A stretch of DNA of 64,000 nt. Origin: an uncultured Pseudomonadota bacterium (GTDB lineage: Bacteria > Oederibacteriota > Muellerivitia > Muellerivitales > Muellerivitaceae). The position numbers were made by a program, and so were the translations under genes. The notes beneath the pieces were generated by a model that searched no databases, was not told where the DNA came from, and saw nothing but the letters and a program-made list of their open reading frames with translations. The DNA lies in NCBI GenBank assembly GCA_963770835.1, contig CAVYRH010000026.1, positions 64,001-128,000 of the forward strand, written 5' to 3'. Below, in pieces: positions 37,272-47,957 of the stretch (the first letter of the stretch is position 1; each line of letters begins with the position of its first letter).

Positions 37272-39392
37272 CTACCGGCAAAGGGCCAGAAATTTTTTCA
37301 AGTCGTACTTCGGATCAAACTTCGCCGTGCGCTGGAAGCATTCCTTAGCCCGGTTGAAGTCCCCTTCCTTGACGAGGGCCAGCCCCAAGCGGTGGTAAAC
37401 GCCCGCGAATTTTCGGTCCAGAAAGGGGAAGGACCGGATCGCTTCCACCGGCTGACCCAGCAACCACTGGGCCGGGGTCATATCCGAACTCACCAGCAGG
37501 ATGTCCAAACCCTTTTCCAGGACCCAGCTTTTTAAAAGCGGGTCACTCCCACAGGAAGGATAAAGGGCCCAAAGTTTTTCCAAGACGGGCGTGAAGTCGG
37601 GATTTTCCACCACATAGGGCATCCCGCCGTAGGCATCCTGCAAAACCTGGTGGACCTCCTTCCATTTGAGGAATATCTTTTGCTCTCCGGGTGAGGTGAT
37701 GGGAACAAGGACCAGGCAAAGAATGGGGCCGTTGGCGGCGGGATCGGATAAAACCTCGGACCGCGCCCGGGGAAACCTTTCTTGAAGGGTCTGGACGTAG
37801 TGAAGGTCGGTGAGGATCGCGGCCCAAGAGGCTTTTTCCGGCTCGAGCCGGGGATTGCGGGCCGCGTTGAAAGGGTAAGTGGACACCAGGAGGGATTGGT
37901 CATAGGCATCGGAAACGAAATCGCTGAAGACAAAACCCGGCCCCTGGCTTTCCTCCGTTTCCCTCAACAATTGAAACGCCCGGTAACGTTCCGGGGATTT
38001 GATGTGGATGCCTGGAACCATATTGGCGGACCATTGGTGAAACACCCCGAACAAGTGATAACTGTCCAAGCCAAGGGACAGGGCCAAGACCAGAAGAAAA
38101 AGGCTTTTTCGGGCGGAGGGTAGGAGGGTGGACAGCAGGATTCCCAGCCCTCCCGCCACCGGCACGAGGCACAAGGGCATAATGAGATCGGTGCGGAAGC
38201 ATTCCAGGGTGTTGAAGAAAAAAGCCGGCAGAAACAAAAGACCCAGCGCCGCCCACCACCAGCTCCTCCAAGTTTTTCCCAGGAATCCGCGCCAGGTTCC
38301 CAGCCCGGTGAAAAACAAGGCATCCCAGACGGGATTGAAAAATCCGCCCCAAAGGGGGGCGAAACTCCAATAGGAACGGTCGATGGGGCCCCAAAAGACG
38401 GCGGTGAAATAAGACAGGATGGACGCTCCTTGACGGTCCCAGGGGGTTCCCTGGCGGCTGAAGACGGAATAAGTAAAGACATGCCCTCCTGCGATATTCT
38501 TTAGGAACGCGGCGTCCATCGGCAGGGACAAAAGCACCGCGGGGAAGAGATAGGCCAGGAAAACTTTCCAACCCAGTCCCGGTTTTTTCCGGCAAGAAAG
38601 GTAAACCCCCGCCGTGACAAGGGCAGCCGGGGCCACAAAAAGCATGGAAGCGTAAAAACTTCCGCCCACGAGGAGGCCCAAAAGGAACGCCCGCCGTCCC
38701 GAAAGCCTGGAAGGAGCTCCCAGGAAAAGGCCCAAGACGCCCAACAGGAGGAATTCCACCACCCATTGGAGCACTCCCAGGTAGGCGTCGAATTTACCGT
38801 AGTAAAGGGGCCAAAAACCAAGGGCCAACAGCGCGGCGTAAAGGAAGGAAAAGGATGAAGGGAAAAAACGGCGGACAGCCCACCATCCCAAAGGCACGGC
38901 CAACAGCGACAGCAAGGCGGGATAAAGCCACATGGAATAAAGGGAAGGCGCAAAAACCCTGAAGAATCCCCCTTGCAGCCAGGTGAAAAGCGGCATGGTT
39001 TTTTCATGGCCGATCAAAAGGGGCCAAGACCCTTTTTCGCAAAGGCCGATGGCGAAGTAACTGTAATTAGCGTCATCCCATGTCGGCCAGACGGGAACGG
39101 AAACCAGGCCGTAAAGCCTCAGGAACAGCGCCAGGACGCCCAAGACCAAAACCATTCCCCTACCGTTCATTTCCAAGGAAGGGAATGGCTTCTCCGGGTT
39201 CACTTTGGCGAAGGCGGGTGAGAAAAAAACCAATGCCAGCTGCAGCACCAATCCCAGGGGGAAAAGCCAAAATCTCTGCCAGACGGTCCAGGGACCCCAA
39301 GCCAACAATGCGTTCAAACCCATGAGGATGAAAAACCTGGCCCAAATCCTCAGAGCCTCCGGCCGGCCGGTTTCCGCGAACAAGAGGGGCAT
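37272..39392 (-). CDS. GT-C (PMT/ArnT-like) membrane glycosyltransferase with C-terminal TPR, paralog 6
   Basis: Many TM helices; WPTWDD, FWPLYYGKF, PLWGGFFNP, GPG..F.DF....DQSL, YPFNAARNP; TPR YHRLGLAL...A..CF. Confidence 0.75.
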   Translation of the reverse strand: MPLLFAETGRPEALRIWARFFILMGLNALLAWGPWTVWQRFWLFPLGLVLQLALVFFSPAFAKVNPEKPFPSLEMNGRGMVLVLGVLALFLRLYGLVSVPVWPTWDDANYSYFAIGLCEKGSWPLLIGHEKTMPLFTWLQGGFFRVFAPSLYSMWLYPALLSLLAVPLGWWAVRRFFPSSFSFLYAALLALGFWPLYYGKFDAYLGVLQWVVEFLLLGVLGLFLGAPSRLSGRRAFLLGLLVGGSFYASMLFVAPAALVTAGVYLSCRKKPGLGWKVFLAYLFPAVLLSLPMDAAFLKNIAGGHVFTYSVFSRQGTPWDRQGASILSYFTAVFWGPIDRSYWSFAPLWGGFFNPVWDALFFTGLGTWRGFLGKTWRSWWWAALGLLFLPAFFFNTLECFRTDLIMPLCLVPVAGGLGILLSTLLPSARKSLFLLVLALSLGLDSYHLFGVFHQWSANMVPGIHIKSPERYRAFQLLRETEESQGPGFVFSDFVSDAYDQSLLVSTYPFNAARNPRLEPEKASWAAILTDLHYVQTLQERFPRARSEVLSDPAANGPILCLVLVPITSPGEQKIFLKWKEVHQVLQDAYGGMPYVVENPDFTPVLEKLWALYPSCGSDPLLKSWVLEKGLDILLVSSDMTPAQWLLGQPVEAIRSFPFLDRKFAGVYHRLGLALVKEGDFNRAKECFQRTAKFDPKYDLKKFLALCR

Positions 39393-39475
39393 GAAGCTAT
39401 TATTTGAAGGGGGATTGGGTTTTGCCAGTTAATTTTATTCCAATGGAAGAAATGTGAAGAAGGTAAAATAACCTT

Positions 39476-40429
39476 ATGCCCCATTCCCACGAGCATATGC
39501 ACAGCCGGGCCGGCTTTCCCCACGACCATGAACACTCCGAGGGGCATGACCATTCCCACGGCCCCAGCCGCCGCGGCCAGATGCTTTGGGCCATTGGCAT
39601 CACCGGCTCCATCCTGGTCCTGGAAGTCATCGGGGGTTTCCTGTCCCATTCCTTGGCCCTCTTGTCCGACGCGGGCCACATGCTGACCGACCTGGCGGCG
39701 CTGCTCATTTCCTTGGCCGCCATGGTTATGGCCGAAAGGCCGGTCAGCGACCGCCATACATACGGTTTCGCGCGCCTGGAAGTGCTGGCGGCTTTCGGCA
39801 ACGCCATCACCTTCTTCGTCATGGTGGGGGCGGTGGGTTGGGAAGCCTTCCAGCGGCTTTCCACGCCCTCCCTGCCCGAATGTAAAACCATGGGCCTGAT
39901 CGCCGCCATCGGGCTTTTGGCCAACATCCTCTCGGCCTGGTTTCTCCACGGGGCCCATGAGGACGATCTGAACATGAAGAGCGCCTGGATCCATGTCATG
40001 GGGGACCTGGCTTCCTCGGTGGGGGTGCTGGTGGGTGTGGCGGTCATCGCCAAGACCGGCTGGACCTGGGTGGACCCGGTCCTCAGTTTGGGAATCGCCG
40101 CCTTGATCGCCCTGAGCGCTTTCAAGCTTTTCTGGAAGGCCCTGCATATTCTTTTAGAGTCGGCCCCAAGGGGGCTGACGCCGGAGAGGATTAGTTCCTG
40201 CCTGACATCCCATATTCCCCAGGTCAAGGAAGTCCACCACGTGCATCTTTGGGAAGTGGGGTCCGGGGAAATCCACCTGACCGCCCATGTGGTGGTGGAG
40301 GACCAACCCTTGAGCCGGGCCCAGGACATCCTGGAACGGGCGGTGAAGGACCTGGAAAGGGAATGCGGCATCCACCACGCTACCCTCCAGCTGGAATCCT
40401 CAGGGCGGGAACTCAAGGGCAATTCTTGA
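39476..40429 (+). CDS. Cation diffusion facilitator (CzcD/ZitB-like)
   Basis: His-rich N-terminus; SLALLSDAGHMLTD, TYGFARLEVLAA, HVMGD, HHVHLW, HATLQLE. Confidence 0.92.
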   Translation: MPHSHEHMHSRAGFPHDHEHSEGHDHSHGPSRRGQMLWAIGITGSILVLEVIGGFLSHSLALLSDAGHMLTDLAALLISLAAMVMAERPVSDRHTYGFARLEVLAAFGNAITFFVMVGAVGWEAFQRLSTPSLPECKTMGLIAAIGLLANILSAWFLHGAHEDDLNMKSAWIHVMGDLASSVGVLVGVAVIAKTGWTWVDPVLSLGIAALIALSAFKLFWKALHILLESAPRGLTPERISSCLTSHIPQVKEVHHVHLWEVGSGEIHLTAHVVVEDQPLSRAQDILERAVKDLERECGIHHATLQLESSGRELKGNS

Positions 40430-40582
40430 CCGACCAACCGAATCTTCGCAGGGTTACAACGTCATCGTTCCGGCAGTCGTTTGACAAAACAATGAACCGG
40501 GCGATAATGAACAACTAATGAGCCGGCTAATTCATCTTCCATCCTCATTTTGAAACTCCGTCTGAAAGGCCCCAAGCCGGTT

Positions 40583-41770
40583 ATGCGAAGAATCCAAATC
40601 GTCGACATAATCCGGTCCATCAGCATCATCCTTGTTATGGGACAACATTTGTTCCTCGTGATGGGTCAACACTTGCTCCCATCGGGTAGATTCCCCGTCG
40701 ATAAAATCAGTTTTTCATTAACCCACTTTTCCATCAATTTTTCCAACGGCCGTTTCGGAGTTGCACTTTTTTTTGTCGTCTCAGGATATTTGATCACTGA
40801 AATCATTGTTGGCCGAAGATTTGAAAACTATAAAGTCAACTTTAAGGATTTTTACACGAAGCGGGTCGCCAGAATTTTCCCGCTTTTTTTTGTGATTATT
40901 TTCACCGGATGGCTGATGCTTCATTTTTTTAACATCCATACCCCGCTTTTCGAGGATTTTTTTAACCACCGGGATTACAAGTGTGATTCCAAATTTTGGT
41001 TTTCCTTGTTTTTGCTTCTTTTCAACTGGACCGTTTGCCTCAAGGGAGAAGGACTGGGCTGGTTTTGGACCGTTTTGTGGTCGTTGGCGGTTGAAGAACA
41101 GTTTTATTTGTCCTATCCGTGGGTTTTGAAGAAAATAAAAAAACTCAATAATTTGCTGCTTTTTCTTGGTGCCGTCATTTTGGGAGGTTTAATCTATCGG
41201 ATCGTCCTGACCTTATTGGGCTGGGGGGATTATGCTCACGCCGTCGTCACTTCCTTTGGATCCTTCGATCAAATCGCCATAGGTTCCTTGCTTTACTTCG
41301 TGTCGGAAAAATGGAAAGACGAGTTTGCGGGGAAAAAAAGCCAATGTGCAGTGCTTTGCGCGATCGGGTTGGCCGTCATGTTAACGGCTTACATTAATAT
41401 GACTTCCTCTTTCCCGACTTACCTAAATTACGGGGTCATTTTCGGCCCCTTTTTCATTTCGGCAGGATGTTTTTTGTTCCTATTGGGCGGGTTTCACTTG
41501 AGATTTTTTGAGTCGAGATATTTGCGATGGCTTACGATTCCGGGACAATTAAGTTATGGCTGTTATCTTTGGCATTTCTTGGTAATTTTTATGCTGTTTC
41601 CTTTTTTAAAAAATTTAGGCCCCTTTACGGCTTTCATGCTAATAGTCTTGGGGACGGTTCTATTCGCTTATGTGAGTTATGCCATCATTGAAAGGCCCGC
41701 GAATCATCTCATCCGGAAACGATTCGGCCTTGGAAAAGGAAAATCATTATCGATTCCTGGATTAGGTTAG
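40583..41770 (+). CDS. Acyltransferase-3 (OafA-like) membrane O-acyltransferase, AT-rich
   Basis: DIIRSISI, GVALFFVVSGYLIT, KRVARIFP, WSLAVEEQFY, SYGCYLWH, IERP. Confidence 0.9.
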   Translation: MRRIQIVDIIRSISIILVMGQHLFLVMGQHLLPSGRFPVDKISFSLTHFSINFSNGRFGVALFFVVSGYLITEIIVGRRFENYKVNFKDFYTKRVARIFPLFFVIIFTGWLMLHFFNIHTPLFEDFFNHRDYKCDSKFWFSLFLLLFNWTVCLKGEGLGWFWTVLWSLAVEEQFYLSYPWVLKKIKKLNNLLLFLGAVILGGLIYRIVLTLLGWGDYAHAVVTSFGSFDQIAIGSLLYFVSEKWKDEFAGKKSQCAVLCAIGLAVMLTAYINMTSSFPTYLNYGVIFGPFFISAGCFLFLLGGFHLRFFESRYLRWLTIPGQLSYGCYLWHFLVIFMLFPFLKNLGPFTAFMLIVLGTVLFAYVSYAIIERPANHLIRKRFGLGKGKSLSIPGLG

Positions 41771-41809
41771 ACTCGCTTCAATCCGCTTTGTTTTCATGAA
41801 GGATCAAAA

Positions 41810-43375
41810 TTGACCCATTCCTCCCAACAAAGCCGCTTTTGGGCCCTGGCCGTCCTGGGTTTGGCCGGCCTCTTGATCGTTTTGGAACGCTGTCACACCT
41901 ACTCCGAGCCCCTCGAAAGGGACATCACCACCTACGCGGTCATTGGCGAGGAACTCCTCAAGGGCCGGTCCCTTTACTCCGACCTTTGGGACCACAAGCC
42001 CCCTGCCATCCACCTGACCTTCGCCCTTGCCGAGGCCGTTGCGGGGGAGGGGCCCCTTTCCATCTATCTCTTAAACGTATTGGCGGCTTTGGCTACCTTG
42101 GCGGGGTTATACCGGGCCGGAAAAAGCCTGGGCGGTTTGGCTGGGGGCCTTTGGACGGCGCTGATTTGGGCGGCCGTTTCCGGGGACCTTTACCTGCAGG
42201 CCAACCAACCCAACGAGGAAGTTTTTCTCAATGCTTTTCAAACCTGGGTATTCGTGTTGTGGCTTTCGGCTTCCGTGAAAACTTTCGAACCTCGCCGGTG
42301 GGTCCTTATCGGCATCTTTTCCGCCATCGCTTCCATTTACAAACCCTTCGCGGTTTTGGAAATCCTGTTTCTTGGCGCGGTTTACCTGGTTCTCAACCCC
42401 AAATCTTCCCCAAGAAAAACCGCTTTGCGCCAAGTGGGAACCGCCTTTGCCTGCGTCCTAGCCGCTTGGGTAGTTCTCTTCGGCTGGTTTTCCCTCCAAG
42501 GAAGATGGAACGACTTCAAGAACGCAGTCTTTACCTACAACGTTTATTACAGCGGTTACCATGACGCCAGTTTCCTGGAGATAGTGCAAAACATCGGAGG
42601 CCAGGCGCTGAATTTCCAAACCCTTGCCTGGCTCTTCCTACTCTTCGCGCTGGGGTGCCTGGGGGCTTTGCTTGGAAAAAGTAAAAAAGAGGAGCGGGAG
42701 CCCCGGCTTTTTTGGGGCGCCTTTTTGGTGGCGGCCGAATTGGAAGTCCTTCTTCCCGGCTGGTTCTTCGCCCATTACGATCAGCTTCTGCTGCCGCCGC
42801 TCGTCTTGGGGGCGTCTTGGGGCATTACCTATTGGGGGGAGTTAATTAAAGATAAAAGATGGAAATGCCTGCCCGGCACCCTCTTGATGGCCTTCCTTAT
42901 TTTCCATGAGGCGCCTTTCTACCGGCTCACACCCGAGGAATGGGCGAATAAAAAATATTCGGACGGTCCGCTGTTCATTCAATCCTACCAACTGGGCCGC
43001 GAATTGGACGGGATACTCCAGCCAGGCGAAACCTTCTATGAATGGGGAAATGAATCCGAACTTTATTTCGCCGCCCGCCGTTCCCCGCCCAGCGGGGTTT
43101 TTTACAGCTACCCTCTCCTGAATAATCCCCTGGCTGGTGAGCTTTCCCAGCGGGTCGTGCGAGATTTGGAAAAGCAAAGGCCCGAGGTCATCGTCTTAGA
43201 CACGGCTTTTTACTTCAACGGTAGTTTTATCCAGCACCACCCCATCCTTCAATGGGTCCGGGGGGTCCAGGACCGCTACAAGCCCTTCCCCCAAAACCCC
43301 TACCGGAAGCCTTTCCTCCTGCTGATGCTCAAGGGGGGCAACCTGGAAAAACGGCTGGGGATGAAACAGACCTGA
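41810..43375 (+). CDS. GT-C (family 39/ArnT-like) membrane glycosyltransferase
   Basis: ERDITTYAVIG..LL.G..LYSDLWDHKPP; multiple TM helices. Confidence 0.75.
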   Translation: MTHSSQQSRFWALAVLGLAGLLIVLERCHTYSEPLERDITTYAVIGEELLKGRSLYSDLWDHKPPAIHLTFALAEAVAGEGPLSIYLLNVLAALATLAGLYRAGKSLGGLAGGLWTALIWAAVSGDLYLQANQPNEEVFLNAFQTWVFVLWLSASVKTFEPRRWVLIGIFSAIASIYKPFAVLEILFLGAVYLVLNPKSSPRKTALRQVGTAFACVLAAWVVLFGWFSLQGRWNDFKNAVFTYNVYYSGYHDASFLEIVQNIGGQALNFQTLAWLFLLFALGCLGALLGKSKKEEREPRLFWGAFLVAAELEVLLPGWFFAHYDQLLLPPLVLGASWGITYWGELIKDKRWKCLPGTLLMAFLIFHEAPFYRLTPEEWANKKYSDGPLFIQSYQLGRELDGILQPGETFYEWGNESELYFAARRSPPSGVFYSYPLLNNPLAGELSQRVVRDLEKQRPEVIVLDTAFYFNGSFIQHHPILQWVRGVQDRYKPFPQNPYRKPFLLLMLKGGNLEKRLGMKQT

Positions 43376-43377
43376 GG

Positions 43378-45507
43378 CTATTTCCCGCCCGCCGGGGACC
43401 GGCCCATCGCACCGAGGGCCCTCAAGTTTTCCGCGGCGGGGGTGAGGTTCACGGGACAGAGGAGGGCCGCCTCGAAAGCCTTCCGGGCGCCCGGGATATC
43501 CCCTTGAAAGGCCAGGAAAGCCCCCCATTCGTTATAAAAAAAGGCGGTGGGGTACCCTTGCTTCAGCCCTTCGCGCAGGGCCCGCAAGGCGGCGGGGTTA
43601 TGCCAGGAACGGTTCCGGTCGCCATAGGCGTTTTCCCAAACGTGGAACTTGAAGGCCCATTCCCAATAGAGGGATTCCAAGAAGGGGTCGCCCCGGAAAA
43701 GGGGCTTCATCCCCTCCAATTGAGCGAAGACTTCCCGGCGGTCCCCGTCTTCCGGCACGTTGGCCTCGGTCCAAACCGCATCCCGCAGGGCCGCGTCGGC
43801 TCGCCTCCAACTTTCCACGGGTTCCCTCCCGCCTTCCCCGGGGGGAAGGATTCCCAAAACCAGGTTTGAGCCCGGGGGTCCCGGATGGGCCGGGTCATAC
43901 AGATCAACCCATCGGCTCGCCACGAAGCGCCGTTCCAAAAAAGGCCGGTAATCGGCGTCCACCACGATCCCCATCCAATGCACCTGTTCCGGCGAAATCT
44001 TGGGATTGGCGGTGGCGTTGAAGACGTAGGTGGCCACCGAAAGATCCGGATTGGGTTCGTGGGGCCGCAGTTCAAAGAGGACGACTCCCGGTCCCTTTTC
44101 CCCGGCTTCCGCTTTCAAGTAAGGGAAGGCCTTTGCGGAGGGGGAGGCGGAAGAGGGGAAAGTCAAAAGAACATGGCGCAGGTCCAACAAAAGGACGATG
44201 GGAAGGGCCAGCCCCAAGGCCCACCAACGGCTCCGGGAAGGCAGGGAGAGCAACAGGCGGCCCGCCCCCATCACCGTCACCAGCAAAAGGACCGGAAGCA
44301 ACTGCATGTTCCGGAAAAGGTCGAAATTTTTCGTCAGCATCCCCGGAGTCAAGAGTACCAAAAAAATAACGGCCAAAAGACGGGTCCAGGCCTGGTGCCG
44401 GAAGCGCCAGCATTCCAAGGCCCCTAAAAAAAAACAGGCGCCTTCCAAGGGGTTGAGAACGCCGCCCCAAACCGGCCCGTAGGAATTTTGCAGGTCGCAG
44501 CCCCAGAAAAGCGAGGTGAGGTTGGAAGCGGAATCCGTCCATCGGCGAAGGAGGCTGTCCTGTCCGCCGAAGGTCCATAGCCGGCCCAAATGGGCGCTGT
44601 TCCGGAAATGAAGGGAGGCCCATCCGAACAGGAAGAGGAAGACCAGGACCGGAACCCCATAGGCGATGAGGGGGCCGGCCCAGGGCTTTTTTCCCCGGCT
44701 CAATCGAACGGCCACGATGAAGCTCACCACCAGGGCCAGCACCGGCCAGGAAGTGGAAACCCAAAAACCCAATCCCACGGCCAGGCCCAAAAGGAAAGGC
44801 ATCCTTCCGCCCCCTTGGGGTGGATTGGATTTTATCCAAAAGGCGAGGAGAGCCAGGACCAAGAATTCCCAAAAAACCAGTAAGGACATATAGCCGCAGA
44901 ATTTGCCGGCATAAAGGGGCCAAAAACTGAAGGCCATCAGAAGGACGAAGAGGAAGCCGAAGGAAGGGGAAAGGAGCCGGCGTACGAGGACCCAGGATAG
45001 CAAAAGGCTCCCCAAAGAAAAAAGCGCGGGGAAAAGCCAAAGGGAAGTGACGGACGGCGGGACCAGGTGGAAATAAGCCGCCATGATCCAGTTCAACAAG
45101 GCGGGGTATTGGGAATTGCTCAGAAAAAAAACCCAATGCCAATGGTTTAAGAGTTCCACCGAATAGTAAGCCACCCGGCTGTCGTCGAAGGTGGGCCAGT
45201 TGCCCGGCATCCAGACCATCCCCAGGCGCACCGCGCAGCCCAAGGCCAGGATCAGGAACCAGAGGAATCCTGGAGGGCGATGGAAAATTTCCGGGAAGGG
45301 AAGAGACTTTTCTTTTTTGTCCGTTCCAGGCATGGAATGGAGGGCCAGGACGAAAGGCAAGAGCACCCCCATCAGGAAAATCCATAATCGAAGGGCGAGG
45401 CCCATGGGCACCCAGGAAAGGACGGCGTTGACGCCTGTGAATACCAGAAAATAAACCCAGGCCTTGGCGGGATAGGATGGATTGAAGAAACCAGTCTTTG
45501 GGGTCAC
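43378..45507 (-). CDS. GT-C membrane glycosyltransferase with C-terminal TPR, paralog 5
   Basis: WPTFDD, FWPLYAGKF, PVWGGVLNP, DPFLESLYWE; GTG start overlaps the upstream stop. Confidence 0.75.
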   Translation of the reverse strand: MTPKTGFFNPSYPAKAWVYFLVFTGVNAVLSWVPMGLALRLWIFLMGVLLPFVLALHSMPGTDKKEKSLPFPEIFHRPPGFLWFLILALGCAVRLGMVWMPGNWPTFDDSRVAYYSVELLNHWHWVFFLSNSQYPALLNWIMAAYFHLVPPSVTSLWLFPALFSLGSLLLSWVLVRRLLSPSFGFLFVLLMAFSFWPLYAGKFCGYMSLLVFWEFLVLALLAFWIKSNPPQGGGRMPFLLGLAVGLGFWVSTSWPVLALVVSFIVAVRLSRGKKPWAGPLIAYGVPVLVFLFLFGWASLHFRNSAHLGRLWTFGGQDSLLRRWTDSASNLTSLFWGCDLQNSYGPVWGGVLNPLEGACFFLGALECWRFRHQAWTRLLAVIFLVLLTPGMLTKNFDLFRNMQLLPVLLLVTVMGAGRLLLSLPSRSRWWALGLALPIVLLLDLRHVLLTFPSSASPSAKAFPYLKAEAGEKGPGVVLFELRPHEPNPDLSVATYVFNATANPKISPEQVHWMGIVVDADYRPFLERRFVASRWVDLYDPAHPGPPGSNLVLGILPPGEGGREPVESWRRADAALRDAVWTEANVPEDGDRREVFAQLEGMKPLFRGDPFLESLYWEWAFKFHVWENAYGDRNRSWHNPAALRALREGLKQGYPTAFFYNEWGAFLAFQGDIPGARKAFEAALLCPVNLTPAAENLRALGAMGRSPAGGK

Positions 45508-47684
45508 TGATGGGCGCCTTTTTTTAATTCCCCGGGACATTCCGGGAAGGGAAATTTTTTTTCCATGGCCTCCAGGGCCTTCAAGTTGTCCGCGGTGGGA
45601 GTGAGGTTCACGGGACAGCGGAGGGCCTTTTCAAAGGCTTCCCGGGCGCCCGGATAATCCCTTTCCAGGATTAAAAAGTTTCCGAGCTCGTTGTAGAAAA
45701 TCGCCGCCGGATATCCCAGCCTCAATTCATTCCGCACGGCTTGCAGGGCCGCCGGAAAATGGACGGCCGTGTCCCGGTCCCCGTAAGAGAGTTCCCACCC
45801 TTGAAAATTGAAGACCCATTCCCAATAGAGGGATTCCAATAAAGGGTCGCCCTTGAACAAGGGATAAACCCGCGACAATTCCTCGAAGACCCCCTTCCGG
45901 TCGCCATCCTCCGGCAGGTTGGCCGCCGCCCAAGTGATGTTCCGCAAGGCCCCGTCGGCCCGCCTCCAGTTTTCCAGCGCCGCCTGGTTTTCGGCCCCGA
46001 CCGGGATCACCCCCAAGGCCAGGTTGGCGTTTTGAAGGTCCGGGTTCACCCTGTCAAAAAGATCAAACCACTTCCCGCCGGCAAAGCGGCGCTCCAAATA
46101 GGGCTGAAAATCCACGTCCACGATCACCGCCAACCACTTCACCTTTTCCCCGGGGATTTGGGGGTTGACCGTCGCGTTGAACGCATAGGTGGCCATGGCC
46201 AGGGTCAGGTCCGATTCATGGGGCCGCAACTCGAACAACAAAGCGCCTGGCCCTTCCTGGCGGGCTTCCTCCCTTAAAAGGGGGAAGGCCTGGGCGGAAG
46301 CGAAGGAAGAGGGACGGTTGGCGCCCGGGGCCTTTGGCTGGTAAGTCAGCAGGGTTTGGCCGAGGTCGAGGAAAAAGACGCAGGGGAGGGCCAGGCCCAG
46401 GGCCCAGACCCGAGACCGCGGGGAAATAGACAGGAGCGCCCGTCCAGCGCCCAAGGCCGTCACCAGCAAAAGAAGGGGCAGGACCTGGGTGTTGCGGAAC
46501 AGGTCGAAGTTTTTGGTGGTCAAACCCGGCGCCAAGAGGAGAAGGAAGGCCGAAGCCAGCAGGACCGCCCAGGGTTTGCGCCGGAAGCGCCAGCATTCGA
46601 GAGCCCCGAGGAAAAAACAGGCGCCTTCCAAGGGGTTGAGGACGCCCCCGGCCACGGGCCCGTAGGCGTTTTGGAGGTCACAACCCCAGAAAAGCACGGT
46701 GAGGTTGGAGGCCGAATCCATCAGCTGGCGCGGGACGTCCATGGGCCTTCTAAAGGCCCAGAGCTGGCCGATATGCACCCCGTTGCGGAAGCGCAGGGAC
46801 AGCCAGCCGAACAACAGGGCGGAGACCAGGACTGGAACCAGGTAGACAACCAGGGACTCCCAAACCGCCTTTTTCCTTTGCCTCAGCAGGAGGGCCACCG
46901 TGGCGCTCAGCGCCAGGGCCGCCACCGGCCAGGAAATGGAAACCCAAAATCCCCCGGCCACGAAGAGGCCCAGGGCCAAAGGCACCACCCAAAGGCGGCG
47001 GGAGGGGCTGGAGGAGGCCCAAAAGGCCAGGGCCGCGAGGGTCAGGCATTCCCAGAAAACCAGGGAGGTCATGTACATGCAGAACCGCCCGGCGTAAAGC
47101 GGCCAAAAGTTGAAAGCCATGAGGAAAACCAGGAGGAAAGCGAAAGAGCGGGAAAAGAGGCGCCGGGCCGCAGCCCCCACGAGAAGAAGCGCCCCGATGG
47201 AATAAAGCGCCGGGTAAAGCCTCAGGGCGGTCAGGGATGGCGGGACGAGCTTGTAAAAGAAAGGCATGACCCAATTGAATAAAGGGGGATGCTGGGTGGG
47301 GCTGAAGAGGAAGACCCAACGCCACCGGTTCAAAAGTTCCACCGAGTAATAAGCGAAGCGGCCGTCGTCCCAGGTGGGCCAGTTGCCCGGAAGAAAGGCC
47401 AGCCCCAGGCGCACTGCCACCCCCAGAACCAGGATCCACCAGAGCCGGGAAGGAGCCTTGAGGAATTCCGCCCTGGGGAGGGGGACTTCCTTTTTACCGG
47501 CTTCTTCCATGGAAAGGGCGGCCAGGACGAGGGGCAAAAGAACCCCCATCAGGAAAACCCATAATCGAAGGGCGAGGCCCATGGGCGCCCAGGAAAGGAC
47601 GGCGTTGGCGCCTGTGAATAGCAGGAAATAAACCCAGGCTTTGGCGGGATAGGATCGGTCGAAGAAGCCGGTTTTGGAGATCAT
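45504..47684 (-). CDS. GT-C membrane glycosyltransferase with C-terminal TPR, paralog 4
   Basis: WPTWDD, PPLFNW, FWPLYAGRF, GGVLNP, DPLLESLYWE; closest relative of 43378..45507. Confidence 0.75.
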   Translation of the reverse strand: MISKTGFFDRSYPAKAWVYFLLFTGANAVLSWAPMGLALRLWVFLMGVLLPLVLAALSMEEAGKKEVPLPRAEFLKAPSRLWWILVLGVAVRLGLAFLPGNWPTWDDGRFAYYSVELLNRWRWVFLFSPTQHPPLFNWVMPFFYKLVPPSLTALRLYPALYSIGALLLVGAAARRLFSRSFAFLLVFLMAFNFWPLYAGRFCMYMTSLVFWECLTLAALAFWASSSPSRRLWVVPLALGLFVAGGFWVSISWPVAALALSATVALLLRQRKKAVWESLVVYLVPVLVSALLFGWLSLRFRNGVHIGQLWAFRRPMDVPRQLMDSASNLTVLFWGCDLQNAYGPVAGGVLNPLEGACFFLGALECWRFRRKPWAVLLASAFLLLLAPGLTTKNFDLFRNTQVLPLLLLVTALGAGRALLSISPRSRVWALGLALPCVFFLDLGQTLLTYQPKAPGANRPSSFASAQAFPLLREEARQEGPGALLFELRPHESDLTLAMATYAFNATVNPQIPGEKVKWLAVIVDVDFQPYLERRFAGGKWFDLFDRVNPDLQNANLALGVIPVGAENQAALENWRRADGALRNITWAAANLPEDGDRKGVFEELSRVYPLFKGDPLLESLYWEWVFNFQGWELSYGDRDTAVHFPAALQAVRNELRLGYPAAIFYNELGNFLILERDYPGAREAFEKALRCPVNLTPTADNLKALEAMEKKFPFPECPGELKKGAHQ

Positions 47685-47957
47685 CGGTCAGGGGCCCTAA
47701 CCGGAGTATCCCGACTCGGACGGAAAACGGCAACAAAAATCATTTGAACCGACGTTTGGACGGGCTCCGGCCCGTGGAAATTCCGGTTCTTTTCCGAGGC
47801 AAAGTTTTCCAGGCCACGCCTCCAATGTTAGAATACACCGTCGTTCAGCTTGCGGGTCCCCGGGCTTTAACCCCTTGTTCCCCGCGTTCAAAATGTATCG
47901 GGCGAGGCCGCCATTTCCCCCACGACAAAGTCCAAGCTCTTTCCCGCAGGCCCCGCC

